From Bradyrhizobium sp. (GTDB lineage Bacteria > Pseudomonadota > Alphaproteobacteria > Rhizobiales > Xanthobacteraceae): DNA of 55,272 nt. Under the pieces are notes generated by a model that ran no database searches, was not told the origin of the DNA, and saw only the letters and a list, made by a program, of their open reading frames with translations. Below are positions 46,841 to 55,272 of the stretch, piece by piece; positions within the stretch are counted from its first letter, which is position 1; every line of letters starts with the position of its first letter. The stretch covers positions 1-55,272 of the forward strand of contig NZ_JAFAVV010000291.1 in NCBI RefSeq assembly GCF_019242285.1, in the 5' to 3' direction. The translations under genes and the position numbers were made by a program.

Positions 46841-48417
46841 GACACCATTCCTCCCGCGCGCGCCTCGTTCCCATGCACGCCGTTGCCGGACAGGCTGCTG
46901 TTGCGCATGATCGCCCGCATGATCTTTTCCTGGGTCGCCTCCGCGCCGGAAAACTCTCCGACGAAGGCGCCCTCGTTCATCACGTAGATCCGGTCGCAGA
47001 TGCCGAGCAGCTCCGGCATCTCCGAGGAAATCACCACCACGCCCTTGCCGGCTTCGGCCAGCTCGTTGATGATACAATAAATCTCGTATTTGGCGCCAAC
47101 GTCGATGCCGCGGGTCGGCTCGTCCAGGAACAGCACCTTGGGCGCGGTCATCAGCCATTTCGACAGCACCACCTTCTGCTGGTTGCCGCCGGACAGCGTT
47201 GCGGTCTCCTGGTAGACGTCGGAGCAGCGGATCCGCATCCGGCTGCGGTAGTCGGTCGCGGCCTTCAATTCGGCGATGTCGTCGATCGCCCAATGCGGCG
47301 CCACCTTCTCGAGGCTGGCCAGCGTGATGTTCTTGCGGACGTCATCGGCCAGGATCAGGCCGAGCTGCTTGCGGTCCTCGGTCACATAGGCGAGCCCGGC
47401 ATCGATCGCCGCCGGAACCGAGGAGAGGCTGATCTGGCGCCCGTCGAGCTGCACCCGTCCGCTGATGCCGTGGCCCCAGGCCTTGCCGAACAGGCTCATG
47501 GCGAACTCGGTCCGGCCGGCGCCCATCAGGCCGGCAATACCCACGACCTCGCCGCGCCGCACCTGGAAATCGACATGCTTGATCACCTGCCGCTCGGGGT
47601 GCAGCGGATGGTGCACCGACCAGTCCTCCACCGCGAGCACCGGCTCGCCGATGGCGGCGTGCCGCTCCGGGAAGCGGTGCGCGAGGTCGCGGTCGACCAT
47701 GCTGCGGATGATGCGGTCCTCCTCGACCTTCTCGGTGCGGCAGTCGATGCTGTCGACGGTGCGGCCGTCGCGCAGCACCGTGATGCGGTCGGCGACGCGG
47801 GCGACCTCGTTCAATTTGTGCGAGATCAGGATCGAGGCGATGCCCTGCTCGCGGAACGTCACCAGTCGGTCGAGCAAGGCCGCGCTGTCGGTCTCGTTCA
47901 GGCTCGCCGTCGGCTCATCCAGGATCAGCAGGCGGACCCGCTTGGACAGCGCCTTGGCGATCTCGACCAGTTGCTGCTTGCCGACGCCGAGATCGGTGAT
48001 CAGCGCGTCCGGCGATTCGCGCAAGCCCACCTGGGCCAGAAGCTCCTGGGTGCGGCGATAGACCGTGTCGCGGTCGATGACGCCGAATTTCGACGGCGGA
48101 TGCGACAGGAAGATGTTGTCGGCGATCGACAACAGCGGGATCAGCGCCAGCTCCTGGTGGATGATGATGATGCCGAGCGCCTCGGAATCGTTGATGTCGC
48201 GGAAGCGCCGCTCCTCGCCGTCGAAGACGATGCTGCCGTCGAAACTGCCGTAGGGATAGACGCCGCTCAGCACCTTCATCAGCGTCGACTTGCCGGCGCC
48301 GTTCTCGCCGACCAGGGCATGGATCTGGCCGGCTTCCACGGCGAGGCTGACGTCGCGCAGCGCCTGCACGCCCGAGAAGCTCTTGCTGACCCCGCGCATC
48401 TCCAGCAGTGCCGTCAT
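46837..48417 (-). CDS. gguA: Multiple-sugar ABC transporter ATPase (tandem ABC domains)
   Basis: GENGAGKSTLMK, IHQEL, LDEPT, LSGGNQQKV, DEPTRGIDVGAK. Confidence 0.92.
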   Translation of the reverse strand: MTALLEMRGVSKSFSGVQALRDVSLAVEAGQIHALVGENGAGKSTLMKVLSGVYPYGSFDGSIVFDGEERRFRDINDSEALGIIIIHQELALIPLLSIADNIFLSHPPSKFGVIDRDTVYRRTQELLAQVGLRESPDALITDLGVGKQQLVEIAKALSKRVRLLILDEPTASLNETDSAALLDRLVTFREQGIASILISHKLNEVARVADRITVLRDGRTVDSIDCRTEKVEEDRIIRSMVDRDLAHRFPERHAAIGEPVLAVEDWSVHHPLHPERQVIKHVDFQVRRGEVVGIAGLMGAGRTEFAMSLFGKAWGHGISGRVQLDGRQISLSSVPAAIDAGLAYVTEDRKQLGLILADDVRKNITLASLEKVAPHWAIDDIAELKAATDYRSRMRIRCSDVYQETATLSGGNQQKVVLSKWLMTAPKVLFLDEPTRGIDVGAKYEIYCIINELAEAGKGVVVISSEMPELLGICDRIYVMNEGAFVGEFSGAEATQEKIMRAIMRNSSLSGNGVHGNEARAGGMVS

Positions 48418-48460
48418 CGCATCATGTCCTAGCGCATCGCCCCGCAAGATAGTTGCCTAC

Positions 48461-48721
48461 ACCTCTTCCCGCGCGCGGGGAGAAGTCGATCACGCACCAG
48501 GTAGCCCGGATGAGCGAAGCGACATCCGGGAACGCTGGACCCGCATATCGCTGCGCTCATGCGGGCTACGAAAACTAACACGCGATGAGTTGAGCTGCTC
48601 TGGGGCAACAGCGCCGGTGCGCTCCCCTCCCCCCTGCGGGGGATTGGGAAAGGGAGGCCCACGGCACATTTCCCGTGGGGTTACCCCCCTCCCCAGCCCT
48701 CCCCCGCAAGGGGGAGGAGAG
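48461..48721. repeat. Mosaic of REP/RIME-like palindromic elements between chvE and gguA
   Basis: GTAGCCCGGATGAGCG...CGCTCATGCGGGCTAC (48501-48569); CTCCCCTCCCCC...GGGGGAGGAGAG (48622-48721) with internal hairpin CCTCCCCC-GCAA-GGGGGAGG; partial element at 48461-48489. Confidence 0.8.
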
Positions 48722-48780
48722 CTCACCGCGCCCGTCGCCGCAGGTCCACTCTCATCACATCTTGACTCGCTACGAGGTCC

Positions 48781-49854
48781 CTACTCCACCTGCGACTTCT
48801 TGTAGTAGCCGGAATCGATCAGGACCTTCTCCCAGTTGCTCTTGTCGACCACCACCGGCTTCAGGAGATAGGACGGCACCACCTTGACGCCGTTGTTGTA
48901 GGTCTTGGTGTCGTTGACCGTGACCTGCTTGCCGGCCAGCGCGGCGTCGACCATGTCGGCGGCGACCTTGGCGAGGTCGCGGGTATCCTTGAAGATGGTC
49001 GAGTACTGGTCGCCGCGCAAGATCGCCTTCATCGAGGGCACTTCCGCATCCTGCCCGCTGATGACCGGCATCGGCTGGTCGGCGCTGCCATAGCCCACGC
49101 CCTTCAGCGAGGAGATGATGCCGATCGACAGCCCGTCATAAGGCGAGAGCACGGCGTCGACCCGCTTCTTGCCATAGAAGGCGCTGAGCAGGTTGTCCAT
49201 GCGGGCCTGGGCGGTGGCGCCGTCCCAGCGCAGGGTCGCGACCTTGTCCATGCCCGTCTGCCCGCTGACCACCACGAGCTTCTTGCTGTCGATGTAGGGC
49301 TGCAAGACCGACATCGAGCCGTTGTAGAAGAAGTAGGCGTTGTTGTCGTCGGGCGAGCCGCCGAACAATTCGATGTTGAACGGGCCCTTGCCCTCCTTCA
49401 ATCCGAGCTTCTGCTCGATCGACTGCGCCTGCAGCACGCCGACCTGGAAATTGTCGAAGGTGGCGTAATAGTCGACGTTCGGCGTGTCGCGGATCAGGCG
49501 GTCATAGGCGATCACGGTGATGCCACTGGCCTTGGCCTGCTTGAGCACGTCCGACAGCGTGGTGCCGTCGATCGCCGCGATCACCAGCGCCTTGACGCCC
49601 TTGGTCACCATGTTCTCGATCTGCGAGAGCTGGTTCGGGATGTCGTCCTCGGCATATTGCAGGTCGGTGCCGTAGCCGCGCTCCTTGAGCGTCTTGACCA
49701 TGTTGTTGCCGTCGTCGATCCACCGCGCCGAGGACTTGGTCGGCATCGCGATCCCGATGGTTCCCTTGCCCTGCGCGAGCGCGCCGCCGGCGGACGCCAT
49801 GGCGGCGGCGCCCACGAGCGCAAACGCGAGAAATGTGGTCTTCAGCTTGAGCAT
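48781..49854 (-). CDS. chvE: Multiple-sugar-binding periplasmic protein ChvE
   Basis: Signal peptide, [66 protein letters not shown]. Confidence 0.95.
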   Translation of the reverse strand: MLKLKTTFLAFALVGAAAMASAGGALAQGKGTIGIAMPTKSSARWIDDGNNMVKTLKERGYGTDLQYAEDDIPNQLSQIENMVTKGVKALVIAAIDGTTLSDVLKQAKASGITVIAYDRLIRDTPNVDYYATFDNFQVGVLQAQSIEQKLGLKEGKGPFNIELFGGSPDDNNAYFFYNGSMSVLQPYIDSKKLVVVSGQTGMDKVATLRWDGATAQARMDNLLSAFYGKKRVDAVLSPYDGLSIGIISSLKGVGYGSADQPMPVISGQDAEVPSMKAILRGDQYSTIFKDTRDLAKVAADMVDAALAGKQVTVNDTKTYNNGVKVVPSYLLKPVVVDKSNWEKVLIDSGYYKKSQVE

Positions 49855-50239
49855 GCTTCTCTCCCTCCTATAGGACTCTTGTATTGGACTCTTGTTTGGA
49901 CTGCTGGCTTGTTGGATTGTGGTGCAGCGCCGCCGTGGGCGGCTTCGCGAAGATAGGGGTGATGGACCAGCGAGCTTGGCGCACGGTCCGTGACAGCGTC
50001 GTGATCAGAAGAACCGTCCGGCGCTCGGATCGATGGCAAAACATGCCCACACCTGCGCGCCTGACCGGCGTGTCATCGACCGCGCTGCGGGGACAGGGAA
50101 CGGACGTAGGCCATCATCTACTGCGCTCTCCCCAAACCTATTCGGCGAACGCACCCCGCCCAGGGATACCGCGCCAACCGCCCCGCCCCTGATGGGCAGC
50201 GGAATTTCATGCGTTATTCCACGGATGCCGCGCCACGAC

Positions 50240-50277
50240 TAGTCATATTATTTGACTATTTTGATCGGCCCGATCAA
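50240..50277. promoter_or_regulatory. Two adjacent palindromes, candidate operators upstream of chvE
   Basis: TAGTCA-tattatt-TGACTA (50240-50258) and TTGATCGG-c-CCGATCAA (50261-50277) in an AT-rich patch. Confidence 0.5.
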
Positions 50278-50396
50278 GGATTTTAGGGCCACGGGCTGAC
50301 CGACTTTGGTCCAAGCCGCGCACGTACGCATGTGCGGCCGCGGCCTCGCGGCGCCTCTTGCGTCCGAGCTATGCCAAGCGAGACCCTCCTTGTCGA

Positions 50397-50733
50397 GAGG
50401 GCGCAGGGAATGCCGGGCGCTGGCCTCGCCCATGGCCCGCCTGCAACAAGAAACGCAGGCGGCAGTCACCACAGGTTCAGCCATATCGTCCGGCATTCCC
50501 CGCGCGATGGGTTACGGCTTATACGTGATCTCCCCGGGGAGCGGGCTTTCTTGTCCCCGTCATCCGCAAGATCATCGGCCTGCGAACTTGACGCCAGCGT
50601 CGCGGCGCCAGGACCACACGATTTCACCGTCCGCAAGATGCCGCTCGTCTGGCGACATCATCGCGTCCACCGCATCCCACCTCCAACGTCCGTGACGATC
50701 GCGATACGTCCCTCTGCATGGAGGCGGGATGGG
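50397..50733 (-). other. ~340-nt highly structured non-coding element (candidate ncRNA or dispersed repeat)
   Basis: Stems 50401-50416/50490-50505, 50437-50444/50455-50462, 50589-50595/50604-50610 and 50673-50685/50719-50731. Their mismatches are A.C on the + strand, which become G.U on the - strand. Confidence 0.6.
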
Positions 50734-50924
50734 AGATAATAAACATATCTTCGGAAAAAAAGAAAGATAAAAATTTGGGCAGCGACGGCGATGAAGCGGA
50801 TCGCGTTGAATCGACTGCCGAACTTTCAGTTTTGATGCAGGCGGATTCGGCGAGTGCGGCGAGTTGCGTGCGCGGGGTAGCGCCGAGAATTCTACAAACT
50901 CACGGTCCGGCGGGGCGAATCAGC

Positions 50925-51027
50925 CGTAGCCCCGGTGAGCGAAGCGATACCCGGGAATGGCAGTCCCGCATGTCGCTTCCCCTACGCTCTTCGAGCTTCG
51001 GCGGACAGGTCGCTCATGCGGGCTACG
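50925..51027. repeat. REP-like palindromic element (CGTAGCCC...GGGCTACG family) with an internal insert
   Basis: Same arms as 48501-48570, plus an extra ~30 nt (CCCTACGCTCTTCGAGCTTCGGCGGACAGG) in the right-hand loop. Confidence 0.8.
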
Positions 51028-51036
51028 CCACGACCG

Positions 51037-51765
51037 CTAGAGATCGAAATTCGTGGGCAGCATGACGACGTCGCGGATGGTCATGCCGCGCGGGCGCGTC
51101 AACATGAACATGACCACCTCAGCCACTTCGCTCGCTTCCAGCAGGCTTCCCGACCGCCTCGCTTCCTCCAGCTTCTCGGGCGGCCAGTCCGAAAGCAGCG
51201 CGGTGACGACGGGGCCGGGCGAGATCGAGCCGACGCGGATGCCGTGCCTGAAAACCTGGCGCCGCACGGTCTGGACGAAGCAGTTGATCGCCCATTTGGA
51301 CGATGCATAGACCGGCTCCCAGGGCGTCGGAAAATGCGCCGCCAGCGAGCTCGTGACGACGATGTCGCCGGTCCGGCGCTCGATCATGTGAGGCAGCACG
51401 TCGTGCACATTCTTCATCACCACGTTGACGTTCAGGTTCAGCATCCGGTCGATGGCCAAAGTGTCGGCATCGACCAGGTCACCGCCGACATAGGTCCCCG
51501 CATTGGCGTGCAGGATGTCGAGCTGGCCTGCCTTCTCCAGGACTCGGGGCAGCAACGTCGCACAGTCCTTCGGATCCAGGAGGTCGATGACCAGCGGGAC
51601 GGCGGCGTCGCCAAGCCTGTCGCAGATCGCCTCGAGCGCGGCCTCGTCGCGGTCGACCATCACGACGCGGGCGCCTGCCGCCAGCATCGCCACGGTGCTG
51701 GCCAAGCCGATGCCCGACGCCGCCCCGGTCACGGCCGCGACTTTGCCTTCCAGTTCTTTCGCCAT
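51037..51765 (-). CDS. Short-chain dehydrogenase, ribitol 2-dehydrogenase-like
   Basis: TGAASGIG, HANAG.YVGG, WEPVYASSK, PGPVVTALL.DWP, LP.N.DL terminus, as recalled for RbtD-type enzymes. Confidence 0.85.
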   Translation of the reverse strand: MAKELEGKVAAVTGAASGIGLASTVAMLAAGARVVMVDRDEAALEAICDRLGDAAVPLVIDLLDPKDCATLLPRVLEKAGQLDILHANAGTYVGGDLVDADTLAIDRMLNLNVNVVMKNVHDVLPHMIERRTGDIVVTSSLAAHFPTPWEPVYASSKWAINCFVQTVRRQVFRHGIRVGSISPGPVVTALLSDWPPEKLEEARRSGSLLEASEVAEVVMFMLTRPRGMTIRDVVMLPTNFDL

Positions 51766-51792
51766 GGCACTCCACCCTGCTGGTCACACGCA

Positions 51793-51843
51793 CGTAGCCC
51801 GGACGAGCGAAGCGACGTCCGGGACGGTCCACCCCGCATATCG
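51793..51843. repeat. Truncated third copy of the CGTAGCCC REP-like element
   Basis: CGTAGCCCGGACGAGCGAAGCGACGTCCGGG...CCCGCATATCG, after which similarity stops. Confidence 0.75.
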
Positions 51844-51955
51844 TTGGCAAGAGCGACGGCACGTCGCCGACTCACGGATTCTGCGCCTGCAAGCCTAACG
51901 ACCTCAGCACGTGGTGCCCATCCCCGGCATTGCAGCCACACCAGCCTTCATCGCC

Positions 51956-52264
51956 TCATCCGGCGCGACGAACCAGGAAACGTCCGCCACCCCGAAAATA
52001 CGACGGCCGATCGATCTCCCAGGCATATTCGCCCTGATCCACACCGGTTCGACAGCCCCGCATCTCGAACCTCTTCAGCGCACCCCCGGCCGCCGCCAGG
52101 AGCTCCGAGCCGAACAACAGCAGGACGAAGCCGACCAGGAAGGTGCGGGAGCGGTCTTTCGATGCGCCGAATTCCGGTTGGCGCGGACCGAGATGGCGCT
52201 GAAGAAACCGCTCCAGCCCGGACATTCGCGCATCAGCGGTCGAATCGTCGATGAGTGCTTCCAT
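51956..52264 (-). CDS. Hypothetical protein with one hydrophobic segment
   Basis: ORF from ATG 52264 (MEALIDD...FLVGFVLLLFG...) fills the gap between co-oriented genes; weak RBS; no family recognised. Confidence 0.3.
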   Translation of the reverse strand: MEALIDDSTADARMSGLERFLQRHLGPRQPEFGASKDRSRTFLVGFVLLLFGSELLAAAGGALKRFEMRGCRTGVDQGEYAWEIDRPSYFRGGGRFLVRRAG

Positions 52265-52340
52265 GTCACGGCCGCGTTGGTCAGGTACAAGATCACGTCG
52301 CGCGTGAGACCAGTTTGCCTCCGCCCGTCCGGCAAAGATT

Positions 52341-52733
52341 CTAAGGCACCACCAACGGATAGCCGGCGGCCGACCATGCGGAGCACCCACCCTTGATCAC
52401 CCACACGTCCTGAAAACCCATCTCGCCGAGAATCTCGGCGCAGAGCGTCGCCTTGCCGCCACCACCGCATGTCAGGATGATCTTCTGTGTGCGATCCTGA
52501 AGCGCCGGATCGCGGCGCCGCAGCTCGGTATCGACGCGAATGTCGAGTTCGCCGCGCGGGATGTTCCTCGCCCCAGGAATCGTGCCGCGTTCGGCAAGCT
52601 GCCAGGCTTCGCCGACATCGATGATCGTCGCGCCCTGCCGATCGACGATCTCGCGGGCCTCAACGGCCGTCAGAAACCGCACGCGCTCGGCGGCTTCATG
52701 CACGCGGTCGCGGAACGTCTTGCCGCTCGTCAT
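52341..52733 (-). CDS. Rhodanese-like domain protein
   Basis: IIDV.E, GTIPGA.NIPRG.L, active loop CGGGGK, GG..AW..AG.P. Confidence 0.85.
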   Translation of the reverse strand: MTSGKTFRDRVHEAAERVRFLTAVEAREIVDRQGATIIDVGEAWQLAERGTIPGARNIPRGELDIRVDTELRRRDPALQDRTQKIILTCGGGGKATLCAEILGEMGFQDVWVIKGGCSAWSAAGYPLVVP

Positions 52734-52832
52734 GTCGATCCCGTGTCATGCCGGCTTCGGCAAGCGATATCCGGATACGGCGTTTAAATCCAGTGCCGTT
52801 TCCCTTTCCACGCGCGCCGCCGGAATGATCGC

Positions 52833-54353
52833 TCAGGCTGCCTTCTTGAGGAGCTTGCCGGCCGAACATGCCTCGCCCAGAAGGCCGGCCTCCCGGGCCT
52901 CCTCGCGGCCCGTCAAATAGCCGATTGCAAAGGCCTTGCGGGAGGCGGCGTTGGCGCGGGCAAAATCCCGCGCCACGTAACGATGCGCCCGCATGTCATT
53001 GAGGGTGCCGAGCGCGCTCTGCAAACCCTTCAGCGCACGATCGGCTCTGCGGCGACGCTTGCGCCCGGGGCGCCCGCGATCGAGGCTGGCGAAGAACTCG
53101 CGCGCGTAGCGCAGCTTCTTGACCGCGATCCTGAGCTTGTGGCGGCGCATGGCATCAAGCCGCTCCACCTTGCGCACGCGCTTGATGATCTTGCGCCTCC
53201 TTCGCGCGAGTTCCTCCTGCGCGAACGAATCAGCCGGCCGCTCGCGCTGCGCGCGCCTGAGATCGTCATCATCGTTGCGCCACGCGCCGTCGATCAGCCA
53301 CAGCGCGCAATCGAGAACGAGGCGGCCGAAGCGGCCGTTTTCGAGCGCCCTTCCCGCCCTTGCGAAGCCGGCGGTCCGTTCCGCCTCGAGATCGCGCGCA
53401 AGCATCTCGAACTCGCCACTCTCGGGCTGGCGTTCGAGACAGGGGGCGACGGTCTTGCTGATGAGCACGTCGGTGTCGCGCGCCGGCCCGAGCTCTCCGG
53501 TCAGCCATTTCAGCTCGCCCTTCAGGCGATCGGTTTCGTCGCCCCGCAGCATGTCCCTGAACAGCGACAGCGCCGCGCGCAGACGGCGCAGACCGACGCG
53601 CATCTGGTGAACGCCCTCCGGATCGTGCCGTCGTACCGCGCGCTCGTTGGCGGCGATCTGGCGCAGGCAGGAGAAGCCGATGACGACGAAGGCGTCGGCC
53701 ACCGTCGCGGACGGCGCGAGCACGATCGCATCGGCGCGCATGGGAGCATCGACCGTCCCTTCGAGAAGGGCGGCTCCCCAACCGGCCTTGGCGCGAACAC
53801 CCAAGGCGACAGGGATCTCATGTGCCAGCCTTCGCGCCAGCCGGGCGATATCGGCCGGCGCGCCCCGCTTCAGCTCGATCTCGATCTCGGCGATGTCGAC
53901 GCTGGAATCCGCCGCCGCGACGCGGCCTTCGTCGACGGCGAGCTCGATCTCGCTGCGGCCGACCTGCAACGGCATCAGGGTGCGCTCGACCCGCGTCTCG
54001 AACACCGGCTTCAGCCTTCGCGCGATGTCGTCGGTGAGGATCGGCGCCAGCGCCGTGCGGCGCGCGAGCTTGAGCTTGGGCCGGTCGCCCTCGATCTGCG
54101 CCTCCCATTCCCCTCGCGCCATCGGCACGGTTGAAAGCGCCTTGATGGTCTGCAGCCGATGCTCGCCGATGCGGCGCACGCGAAGGCTGACGCCGTGGTC
54201 ACGCAGCGCAAGATCGCGGGTATCGAAATAGACCGAGACGAGACCCTGCGTCCTGATGCCGTCGCCTGCCATTCGCTTCAGCCATGGCAGGGTGAGCACC
54301 TTCCGCAAGCCGGCTTTCGACGTGACAAGCTTGAGCTCGATCTCGGTTCCCAC
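52833..54353 (-). CDS. CYTH + CHAD domain protein (triphosphatase/polyphosphate-binding)
   Basis: EIELKL (ExExK), YFDT..L.L...G..LRVR, EIELK; CHAD motifs VHQMRVGLRRLR, RHKLRIAVKKLRY, LQ..LG.LND. Confidence 0.9.
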   Translation of the reverse strand: MGTEIELKLVTSKAGLRKVLTLPWLKRMAGDGIRTQGLVSVYFDTRDLALRDHGVSLRVRRIGEHRLQTIKALSTVPMARGEWEAQIEGDRPKLKLARRTALAPILTDDIARRLKPVFETRVERTLMPLQVGRSEIELAVDEGRVAAADSSVDIAEIEIELKRGAPADIARLARRLAHEIPVALGVRAKAGWGAALLEGTVDAPMRADAIVLAPSATVADAFVVIGFSCLRQIAANERAVRRHDPEGVHQMRVGLRRLRAALSLFRDMLRGDETDRLKGELKWLTGELGPARDTDVLISKTVAPCLERQPESGEFEMLARDLEAERTAGFARAGRALENGRFGRLVLDCALWLIDGAWRNDDDDLRRAQRERPADSFAQEELARRRRKIIKRVRKVERLDAMRRHKLRIAVKKLRYAREFFASLDRGRPGRKRRRRADRALKGLQSALGTLNDMRAHRYVARDFARANAASRKAFAIGYLTGREEAREAGLLGEACSAGKLLKKAA

Positions 54354-54431
54354 GGTTCCCTCCCTGGCGCTCGAGCGATAGGGCGTGGGATATCAAGGAT
54401 TGCGCAGGCGCGATGTTCCTCCAAGGCGCGA

Positions 54432-55271
54432 CTACGCCTTGACCACCGACAGGAACACGCTGGTATCGAAATATTGCGACGCCGGCACGGGGTTCTCGAT
54501 CTTGGCGAAGCGGACGAAGAAGTCGGTCACCTGCTGCAGCCATTCGGTGACGGTGCCGTTGGCGTAGAGCCGGCGCCACACCGCGGTCGGAAACACCCGC
54601 ATCGCGCCGAACTGCTCCTTGATGTCGCGCTCCGGCACCTCCTTGTAGTAGTTCTCGTGCAGCACCCCCATCGATTCGTTCGCCCGCGCCAGCAGCATGT
54701 CGTTGCCCTCCGTCCAGGCCCGCACGATGCGGGTCAGCACCGGCCGGTTGCCGACGAAATAGCTGTTGGAGGCGACCCAGCCGCCGACGATCGCCGCACT
54801 GGGATAAAAGGCGCTGGCGTCGAGGATCATCTTCGCCTGCGGCACCTTTTCGCGCACCGGAATGTTGAAGGGCACCCACAATGCGATGGCGGGGACCGAC
54901 CCGCTGATGAAGGTGTTCACGGCTTCCGGCATCGGCGAGCTGGCCAGATCGATGTCGCCGGCCGTCATCTTGTTCTCCCTCAGCGCGTTGTCGAGGAACA
55001 CATGCGCCGTGGTGCCGGCGGTGGTGGCGACCCGCTTGCCGCGCAGATCGGCGACCTCCTTCACACCCATGTCGGGGCGCACCCAGAGCTGGGCGGTGGC
55101 GTATTCGATCGAGTTGATCAGGAACAGCTTGCCCTGCCCGCGCGCCGGGAAATTCGAGCAGACCGCGCCGGTCACCAGCATGTCGATCTCATTGGCCGCC
55201 ATCGCCTTGAACAATTCAATGCCGGTGCCATAGAGCTTGAACTTCGTATCGAGGACGTTGCGCGCCCAAGC
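54432..55271 (-). CDS. ABC transporter substrate-binding protein, SsuA/TauA/NMT1 family; 5' end outside the window
   Basis: Frame is open to the window edge (..AWARNVLDTKFKLYGTGIELFKAM..); V.DLRGKRVAT..GTTAH, ALWVPF. Confidence 0.85.
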   Translation of the reverse strand, partial: AWARNVLDTKFKLYGTGIELFKAMAANEIDMLVTGAVCSNFPARGQGKLFLINSIEYATAQLWVRPDMGVKEVADLRGKRVATTAGTTAHVFLDNALRENKMTAGDIDLASSPMPEAVNTFISGSVPAIALWVPFNIPVREKVPQAKMILDASAFYPSAAIVGGWVASNSYFVGNRPVLTRIVRAWTEGNDMLLARANESMGVLHENYYKEVPERDIKEQFGAMRVFPTAVWRRLYANGTVTEWLQQVTDFFVRFAKIENPVPASQYFDTSVFLSVVKA

Positions 55272-55272
55272 G

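Noticed and set aside
50261-50277. FixK/FNR box (TTGAT...ATCAA)
   Set aside because: The spacer is 7 nt, not the required 4 nt; kept only as a generic palindrome.
50248-51065. Short ORFs (82-135 aa) over the structured element
   Set aside because: No RBS or family motif, several overlapping frames, and the pairing pattern is better explained by RNA/DNA structure.
48461-51843. CRISPR array or IS element suggested by the repeats
   Set aside because: Repeats are dispersed palindromes without regular spacers; no cas gene, transposase or target-site duplication is seen.

Overview
GC-rich alphaproteobacterial chromosome segment; gene content and intergenic repeats look like Bradyrhizobium/Nitrobacteraceae (inference). 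No rRNA, tRNA, CRISPR array, transposase or integrase was recognised. In order, the window holds: (1) the 5' part of a secreted PQQ-dependent dehydrogenase with a D-x-D motif and no vicinal Cys-Cys; (2) a GH13 alpha-glucosidase, a DUF3072 protein and an unlisted 59-aa CsbD-like gene behind a sigma-EcfG-type promoter; (3) a 17-kb divergent GntR-controlled catabolic cluster of unknown substrate (flavoprotein, Cys-less isochorismatase-like protein, hydantoinase/oxoprolinase A+B, ICL/PEP-mutase-family lyase, Liv-type ABC importer, OYE-Fe/S flavoenzyme, SDR epimerase, LeuCD-like hydratase); (4) a secreted MBL-fold lactonase followed by GldAFG-like ABC, DUF4340 and HupE/UreJ genes, divergent from a Baeyer-Villiger monooxygenase and a kappa-GST/DsbA-like gene; (5) a 15-kb chemosensory operon (STAS-cheY-cheA-cheW-Aer2-like MCP-cheR-cheD-cheB-MCP) running directly into a partner-switching module (STAS, anti-sigma kinase, REC-PP2C, Hpt, hybrid kinase); (6) the chvE-gguAB sugar ABC transporter, surrounded by REP/RIME-like palindromes and a ~340-nt structured non-coding element; (7) a ribitol-dehydrogenase-like SDR, a rhodanese, a CYTH-CHAD protein and a partial SsuA/TauA-type binding protein. 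Product calls come from motifs recognised by eye; no database search was run.
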